From positions 1 to 64,000 of the IMG/VR virus record IMGVR_UViG_3300044632_001398: DNA of 64,000 bases; one strand, 5' to 3'. Below are positions 58,303-64,000 of this stretch, in pieces; position 1 is the first letter of the stretch, and every line of letters begins with the position of its first letter. The notes under the pieces are model-generated. The model worked only from the letters and a program-made list of their open reading frames with translations. It ran no database searches and was not told the DNA's origin. The position numbers and the translations under genes are program-made. Source of the stretch: a virus.

Positions 58303-59300
58303 TACTTTTTAGTTTTCCAAAATGAATATATTCCTTTATCTAGTTCATAAGAAGGCCAAACAAAACGTTCTCTAATTGGTTGAGTTTTAACCCATTCCCA
58401 CATTTTTGTTAATCCCTCTTTTAAATCTGTCTTATGTTCAAAATCCAATAAATCAACTGATTTTTGCCATGTTGGTATTGAATGTTTAACTTCGTGTCTA
58501 CCCTCAAAATATTTTACTTCTCCTCCACCAACAACTTCACGTAATGTTTCATTTGCCTCATTGATGGAGTATTCTTTAATCCCACCTAAATTTATTATTT
58601 GTTTAGATGCTCTCATATCCTGTGACGCCTTCCACAATGGTTCAATACTATCATCAATATAACTAAATGCTCTTGTTTGGGTACCATCACCAAATATTGT
58701 CATTGGTTCATTTATAGTATGTTGATACATCCATATACCTAACACATTTCTATATTTGTCCCATATATTCTGTTTAACACCATATACATTGTGAGGTCTA
58801 ATAATACACCAATCAAGTCCGTGATGTTCACCAGCAATCTGTATATCCATTTCACAACCATATTTAGCCACACCATACGGGTCAATAGGTTTCTGTTGTT
58901 GATCCTCATCAAATATGCCACCATAACCATGACCGTACACAGCTAAAGTTGATGTAAATACTAAACGTTTAATGTCGTATCTAATACATTCGTTAATAAT
59001 ACGAGATGTTGCAACCAAATTATTTTGATAGTTGTAACTCCTAATAAATGGTGATAAACCCTCCGCCGCATATGCCGCTAAATGATAAACATAATCAAAT
59101 TGATGTCTTTCAAAACATTCTTGAATATTTCCATTCACCAAATTCATTTCCCATAATTCTACTTTAGGATTCACATTTTCTCTATAACCACCACTCATAT
59201 CGTCTATTCCAACAACATGAACTTCAGGATGATTTTCAATAATGTAATCAGATAGTCTTGAACCCAATAAACCAGCAACTCCTGTAATTAAAATTTTCAT
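58302..59300 (-). CDS. NAD-dependent sugar epimerase/dehydratase
   Basis: TGVAGLLGS, YGVAK, RPHNVYG, FGDGTQTRAF. Confidence 0.9.
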   Translation of the reverse strand: MKILITGVAGLLGSRLSDYIIENHPEVHVVGIDDMSGGYRENVNPKVELWEMNLVNGNIQECFERHQFDYVYHLAAYAAEGLSPFIRSYNYQNNLVATSRIINECIRYDIKRLVFTSTLAVYGHGYGGIFDEDQQQKPIDPYGVAKYGCEMDIQIAGEHHGLDWCIIRPHNVYGVKQNIWDKYRNVLGIWMYQHTINEPMTIFGDGTQTRAFSYIDDSIEPLWKASQDMRASKQIINLGGIKEYSINEANETLREVVGGGEVKYFEGRHEVKHSIPTWQKSVDLLDFEHKTDLKEGLTKMWEWVKTQPIRERFVWPSYELDKGIYSFWKTKK

Positions 59301-59908
59301 ACTTTATAATAATTCTCTTTTAAATCGTTTTCGTTTATAAATTCTTTTTTTCTCATAATGACTTGATAACCATTATGTATTATTTCTAAATATTTGTGAT
59401 ATCCGTGATAGAACGCATCGGCACCAACTTTAACTTGGAGATATTGTGCCTGTTCTAATCCACCACCGTAATCATCAAATATAATATAACCATTATTTTT
59501 CAAACAGTAAAATGCATTTACCGCATCTTCTAAAACATATTTTGACATATGATTACCATCAATGTAAACAAAGTCTAAAAATTCTTTAGTCTCACCACTA
59601 TGATTAAATGTTTTAAAACTATCGGCGGACTCACCTAAAATATATGTGACCTTATTTTTATATGGTTTTATATTATTCTCAATATATTCGTTGGTGTTAA
59701 TATCCATAATATAATGATGAGAACCATCTATTTTACAAAAATTTTCTAAGATATAAACTGAAGATCCACCATATAATGCACCTATCTCTAAACACACTCT
59801 TGGTTCATTACCATAGTTAGGTAAGAAGTGTTCCCATGCTGGTAAATGGTCTACAAAAAATATTCTCTCATCTGGATATTTGAAGTGATTTGGATATTGA
59901 TAACTCAT
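59297..59908 (-). CDS. Class I SAM methyltransferase (Methyltransf_24-like)
   Basis: LEIGALYGGS, YIDGNH, IFDDY. Confidence 0.8.
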   Translation of the reverse strand: MSYQYPNHFKYPDERIFFVDHLPAWEHFLPNYGNEPRVCLEIGALYGGSSVYILENFCKIDGSHHYIMDINTNEYIENNIKPYKNKVTYILGESADSFKTFNHSGETKEFLDFVYIDGNHMSKYVLEDAVNAFYCLKNNGYIIFDDYGGGLEQAQYLQVKVGADAFYHGYHKYLEIIHNGYQVIMRKKEFINENDLKENYYKV

Positions 59909-59923
59909 AATATATTATAGTAA

Positions 59924-60349
59924 TTATTTTATTTTTGTTTTTAAAATAGTCGTTGAAATTCCCTCAGTATATGGAATATAAATTAATAAAATGTTATTTT
60001 CGTCTAACCATTCTTGAGTGAAATTCATTTGTTTGTAATAATCTTTTTTCGCCCAATCTGAACCAATAACAACAAAATCAGGATTCACGGATAAAATCGT
60101 TGGCTTTGAGTCCTCACCTTCAGAGTTAGGTATAATTTTATCAACATACTTACATGATTCTAACATTTTTTTTCTACCCTCATATGATATTATTGGTTTT
60201 GATTTTTTATATCGTTCAATAAACTCATCGGTGTTTAATGAAACAATAACATAATCACCTATTTTTTTACAATTTTTTAAAAAATTCACATGACCAGGGT
60301 GAAATAAATCAAATGTCCCTCCTGTATAAACTATTTTCTGTTTCTCCAT
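59924..60349 (-). CDS. Cytidylyl/adenylyltransferase (TagD/RfaE-II-like)
   Basis: GGTFDLFHPGH, GSDW, GISTT. Confidence 0.85.
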   Translation of the reverse strand: MEKQKIVYTGGTFDLFHPGHVNFLKNCKKIGDYVIVSLNTDEFIERYKKSKPIISYEGRKKMLESCKYVDKIIPNSEGEDSKPTILSVNPDFVVIGSDWAKKDYYKQMNFTQEWLDENNILLIYIPYTEGISTTILKTKIK

Positions 60350-61005
60350 TTTTTAACTATTTCGGTTTTTATTGACTCTATATCAGTATTTGGACTTACA
60401 CAATTGGAATTTGTATAAAATGGTACAACATTATTTAATATATTTTCATGTGTAAAAACAATACCTAAAAGTCGTTCCATGGATTCCGATTCACTTTTAT
60501 TTGTTGGTAAAATATTACTAACACCATTTAGATGTAAAATATCTAACACATTCCTTGATATTAAAAAAGAATTAAATTGTATCATTTTAAATCCACTATT
60601 TAAGTATCTATATTTTGTTGTACTTAATTTTTCTTTAACCCACTCTTTATGTAGATATGTTGTGTGAGCCCAATCGTCACAAAAGTTAATTGGTTTAAAA
60701 TCTAAATTTTTATACTTTTCTAATGAATCTGTCAAATACATTGAATCTTGTAAAAAAACATACTTCTCGTCATAAAAATTTTTATATACATGCCACATCC
60801 CACCAGATTCGTAATTTACATTTGAAATATCACAAACAATTACATTTTTCATTTCTAAATCTGAAAAGTGTGACTTGTCACTTGAACATGAATCTACAAC
60901 CACTATTTTATCATTCGGATGAAATTTTTGAATACTATCTATACAACAAAATAAATCTGTTTTATGTATATCAGATTCACATTTACTTACAATACTAAAA
61001 ATCAT
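60331..61005 (-). CDS. GT-A-like hypothetical glycosyltransferase
   Basis: VVVDSCS, YESG, FLQDS, MERLLG. Confidence 0.55.
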   Translation of the reverse strand: MIFSIVSKCESDIHKTDLFCCIDSIQKFHPNDKIVVVDSCSSDKSHFSDLEMKNVIVCDISNVNYESGGMWHVYKNFYDEKYVFLQDSMYLTDSLEKYKNLDFKPINFCDDWAHTTYLHKEWVKEKLSTTKYRYLNSGFKMIQFNSFLISRNVLDILHLNGVSNILPTNKSESESMERLLGIVFTHENILNNVVPFYTNSNCVSPNTDIESIKTEIVKKWRNRK

Positions 61006-61007
61006 TT

Positions 61008-61628
61008 TTAAATTTTTGAATAATAATTATTTTGTTTTTCCTGACGTTCAATTGTCTTATGGTGTTGAATACAATATTCTTCATCTAACGGTAACGATGA
61101 AAATTTCTGACCACCAACTATTCGTTCATGAACTTTACCGTACCAACTCATTCCTTTACGATATATACGTCCTTGAGCATCTGGAAAGTTTACCCACCCT
61201 TTATCATTAATACTCCATCCCCATTTGTTTATGTGTTCTTGTGTTATACCGTTTACCGTATTAATACGAGGAACAAATATTAAATCAACCTTAGGATTTA
61301 ATTCCAGTATTGTATTAAGATTTTTAACAACATGTTCACTAATCATTTCGTCAGCATCTAATTGATATATGTAATCACCCGTACAATATTCATTCAATTT
61401 GTTTTTCCAATCGGCAAAGTTTCCTTCAAATCCAAATCCCCTCCACGTTTGTACGTTAGGTTTAATATTATAAGGTAATAGAAAATCTAATATTTCAGGA
61501 TTGCCGTTCTTCTCATCATATAAGATTACAATTTCATCTTGTATTCTTTTATGTTCCAAAATAAATGGAACTAATCTTTTAATTTCTTCCAGTTCATTAC
61601 AAACTGTTATTGCAAAACTTATTTTCAT
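61008..61628 (-). CDS. GT2 glycosyltransferase
   Basis: ITVCNE, LDADE, PRIN, PD.Q.R, VHE; start revised to MKISF. Confidence 0.8.
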   Translation of the reverse strand: MKISFAITVCNELEEIKRLVPFILEHKRIQDEIVILYDEKNGNPEILDFLLPYNIKPNVQTWRGFGFEGNFADWKNKLNEYCTGDYIYQLDADEMISEHVVKNLNTILELNPKVDLIFVPRINTVNGITQEHINKWGWSINDKGWVNFPDAQGRIYRKGMSWYGKVHERIVGGQKFSSLPLDEEYCIQHHKTIERQEKQNNYYSKI

Positions 61629-61629
61629 A

Positions 61630-61869
61630 TTATGCTCTTTGTCCTCCATTCCAATCTGTTGTTATTTGTCTGACTATATTTTCATCTATTTCTCTTGCAA
61701 TTTCTTCTGACAACATTCTTGTTAATTCAATTTCAGTATTTAATCCTATATTCGTAATTAATTCATCTGCCAAATCAGGTCTCCATTGTGCTCGTAGTGT
61801 CCTAACGATATTTTGAATACCTTCTGATTGAATTGTTATCCCATGAAAAAATCTAAACTCTCTAATCAT
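61630..61869 (-). CDS. 79-aa protein resembling an internal fragment of T4-like major capsid protein gp23
   Basis: RTLRAQWRPDLADEL...GLNTEIELTRMLSEEIAREIDENIVRQI vs recalled gp23 pattern RkLkA.w..ElaqDl.a.hGlDaeaEL..iLs.EI..EI.reii; start revised to MIREF. Confidence 0.65.
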   Translation of the reverse strand: MIREFRFFHGITIQSEGIQNIVRTLRAQWRPDLADELITNIGLNTEIELTRMLSEEIAREIDENIVRQITTDWNGGQRA

Positions 61870-62098
61870 TTTCTCTTTCTCTTGCGAATAATTTAAATAC
61901 TTTACCGTTATCATTGAACGTCATTTCCGCATTGTTAGTCGGATTTAAACGGATACTACATTCATTAGGACCATTGGCAAAAACGACAGGTTCCTCATCA
62001 CCAAATTGAAAACAAAATTCAACATCTGAAGGTTCAAATGCGACCGGAGTAAAATATAATCTTGGTGTTTCATCACCTTTAAAAAATTTAAAATCCAT
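61862..62098 (-). CDS. Hypothetical protein
   Basis: 78-aa ORF; N-terminus FKFFKG resembles FRFFHG of the next gene. Confidence 0.6.
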   Translation of the reverse strand: MDFKFFKGDETPRLYFTPVAFEPSDVEFCFQFGDEEPVVFANGPNECSIRLNPTNNAEMTFNDNGKVFKLFAREREND

Positions 62099-62637
62099 TA
62101 CGGTTTTTTAATGATTAAAAGTTTATTATTACATTCTAATTTAAATTCCAAATCACCATTTTTGAATTGTTCTATTGTTAAATGACTATCATGTGCATGT
62201 ACATCCTCTATAATATAATAACCACCTGATTTTACATGTTTATATAGTGTGTTAAATGTTATCATTTGATGGTTATGTAAATGACTACCGTCATCAATAA
62301 TAATATCGTATTCGCTACCAAATTTTTCAATTGCATTATTTAAATCGTCCATACTTCCTTGGTCACCTTTAAATGTATGTATCTTTTCATCGTCAAATCT
62401 TGAACAATCTTTGATATCAAAACCAACGAAAAATAAATCGTTGAAATACTCGCTCCATAAATGAACTGATGAGTTCAAATATCTTGGGTCGTTAATACCA
62501 ATTTCAAAAAGTCTAATGTGTTTTTCTCTATACTCATTAAACAATTCATCATAAAGTAATGTGTATGAATGTTTTTCAAAATGTTCGGTACCTTTATCAA
62601 TACCTAGTCTGTTCGCTATCTCTGTTAAATTTGTCAT
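62098..62637 (-). CDS. Sugar O-methyltransferase-like (class I SAM)
   Basis: DKG..H.Y...Y, LFEIGI, GDQ, IIDDGSH, YIIED. Confidence 0.8.
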   Translation of the reverse strand: MTNLTEIANRLGIDKGTEHFEKHSYTLLYDELFNEYREKHIRLFEIGINDPRYLNSSVHLWSEYFNDLFFVGFDIKDCSRFDDEKIHTFKGDQGSMDDLNNAIEKFGSEYDIIIDDGSHLHNHQMITFNTLYKHVKSGGYYIIEDVHAHDSHLTIEQFKNGDLEFKLECNNKLLIIKKP

Positions 62638-62640
62638 ATA

Positions 62641-63891
62641 TTATATTTTAAATAAACTTGGTAATACTAAATTAGTATATTCAGGTATTTTTACCTTAGG
62701 TTCTAAAATAGATTTAAATTTTTTAGTCATTTCATCTAAAGAAAAATTTGTTTCGTTTTCTTCTTTTAATGATTTAGATTTTTCCAACATAGAGTCATAT
62801 TCATTAACCACTAATCTCAAAACAGAAACAACTTCATCATAATTTGCGGTAAACCATTTAGAACCTTTAATAATGAAAGAATCTATTGAACTTTCATGAA
62901 CATCAGTCAACGTACCACCAATCATTACAGATTTATCCATGGGTAAAAAATCTTTATGACCAGACCAATTGGAAGCAATCACAGGTTTACCTGTCATTGT
63001 GAATTCAAGTAATGGTCTACCAAATCCCTCACCCTTAGTTATACTAACCATAGATTTAATTTTGGGGTGATTATATAAATCATTCATTTCTTTGTTTGTT
63101 AATTCACCGAACAAAAGATATATAGATGGTGGGTTTTCAATATCACCAACAATCTCTTTGATTCTTTTTCTAAAATTTTCTCTTTCTTTTACTGAGAAAT
63201 TCGCTGAAGAAGTTTTCAAAACTAATGCCGGTTTATCAGATTCATTTTTAAAAGCCTCAACAAAACATCTTATTAACATACCCACATCTTTTCTGTCTTG
63301 TCCTAAATTACCTTTTAACCAATGACCAACAAAAAGATATGCAAAATTTTCCTTAATATCTAATTTAAAGTCATCATTTATTTTATCGTTATAAATTGAT
63401 GTATCAACTCCTTCAAACAAAACCTCAATTGGTTTTTCAATTTTATGTTGTTTTACAATCACATTTGTTTTACTATCCTTTTCAGTGTATACTGTATTAG
63501 TTAATATTTCTTTAGAAAAATTAGATGTTGTAATAATCAAATCCATTTTATTACAACCATCAATCCATTCTTTAGGCGCAACTGTAGTTTCAATACCTGC
63601 GGTTATACCAATATTTAACTTACCAAATCTTTGAAATTCATTCGGTACAGTAACTTGAATATAAACTTCTGGTAATCCCTGAAATTCATTTACAATATTA
63701 CTTTCAATCCATTTATGGAAAAGATTATCACCTTCAAGTGCGGTTAATGGTGTACTCCCCCAACCACAACTATCAATACTAATGTCAAACATATCCATTT
63801 TATATAGTGACTCTAATAAGTCTCTTGAATGTGAACCATATCCACTTCTTGTTTTAACGGGACCTCTAAATAATAATTTCGGTTTATTCAT
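62641..63891 (-). CDS. GT4 glycosyltransferase
   Basis: TRSGYG.HSRD, DRKDVG, KGEGFGRPLLEF, SGH.DF. Confidence 0.85.
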   Translation of the reverse strand: MNKPKLLFRGPVKTRSGYGSHSRDLLESLYKMDMFDISIDSCGWGSTPLTALEGDNLFHKWIESNIVNEFQGLPEVYIQVTVPNEFQRFGKLNIGITAGIETTVAPKEWIDGCNKMDLIITTSNFSKEILTNTVYTEKDSKTNVIVKQHKIEKPIEVLFEGVDTSIYNDKINDDFKLDIKENFAYLFVGHWLKGNLGQDRKDVGMLIRCFVEAFKNESDKPALVLKTSSANFSVKERENFRKRIKEIVGDIENPPSIYLLFGELTNKEMNDLYNHPKIKSMVSITKGEGFGRPLLEFTMTGKPVIASNWSGHKDFLPMDKSVMIGGTLTDVHESSIDSFIIKGSKWFTANYDEVVSVLRLVVNEYDSMLEKSKSLKEENETNFSLDEMTKKFKSILEPKVKIPEYTNLVLPSLFKI

Positions 63892-63892
63892 G

Positions 63893-64000
63893 TTATACTA
63901 TCTTATATAAATCAAATCTTTTTTTAGGACTAAAATTATCAATTGCTTGATTAATTCCTTCTGTCATTTTTTCACACATAATTGTAGATGATAAATTTTT
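63893..64000 (-). CDS. C-terminal end of an upstream gene (truncated by window)
   Basis: Open frame ...MCEKMTEGINQAIDNFSPKKRFDLYKIV*. Confidence 0.6.
   Translation of the reverse strand, partial: KNLSSTIMCEKMTEGINQAIDNFSPKKRFDLYKIV

Noticed and set aside
7990-63891. Bacterial capsule or O-antigen locus
   Set aside because: No wzx/wzy/wzm/wzt or other multi-pass membrane genes; interleaved with phage fibre genes
1-64000. Stop-codon recoding as in some large phages
   Set aside because: Full-length domains under code 11; TAG (7965, 47508, 54768) and TGA end genes at sensible positions
1-64000. tRNA, rRNA, integrase or transposase
   Set aside because: Intergenic gaps are short and none shows a cloverleaf; no recombinase motifs recognised

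Overview
AT-rich, gene-dense segment, almost certainly from a large tailed-phage genome. The host is probably Bacteroidota, judged from TTTG-N19/20-TATATT promoters and the absence of Shine-Dalgarno sites. The window has five parts. (1) 1-8 kb and 53.5-55 kb: putative virion/fibre genes, including a mucin-like Pro/Thr protein, two fibres with proline-free Gly-Xaa-Ser repeats (one with a peptidase S74 chaperone), and C1q and LamG adhesin cassettes. (2) 8-40.9 kb and 48.6-64 kb: a very large glycan synthesis and decoration island. It has GT2/GT4/GT7/GT10-like enzymes, an AAH/TibC-like protein glycosyltransferase, RmlC, Ugd, four SDR epimerases, a split ThDP enzyme, two twitch-type radical SAMs, eight SGNH proteins, a carbamoyltransferase, a PAPS module and methyltransferases. 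(3) Best candidate for an undescribed system, 40.9-48.6 kb: one protein fusing a circularly permuted ATP-grasp ligase, a Hint domain predicted to cleave only at its C-terminus (His-Asn kept, N-terminal nucleophile lost) and a 27-residue six-cysteine terminal peptide. It is followed by a translationally coupled tailoring cassette: five 2OG-Fe(II) oxygenases, SET and class I methyltransferases, two sulfotransferases, a GNAT and a Zn-finger. Nearly all of these end in a Lys-rich/di-hydrophobic C-terminal tag, and the cassette carries gene-swap scars. (4) A stand-alone 79-aa fragment resembling the T4 gp23 major capsid protein. (5) Two distinct promoter classes that separate putative substrates from their modifying enzymes. 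All family calls come from motif recognition by eye; no database searches were run.
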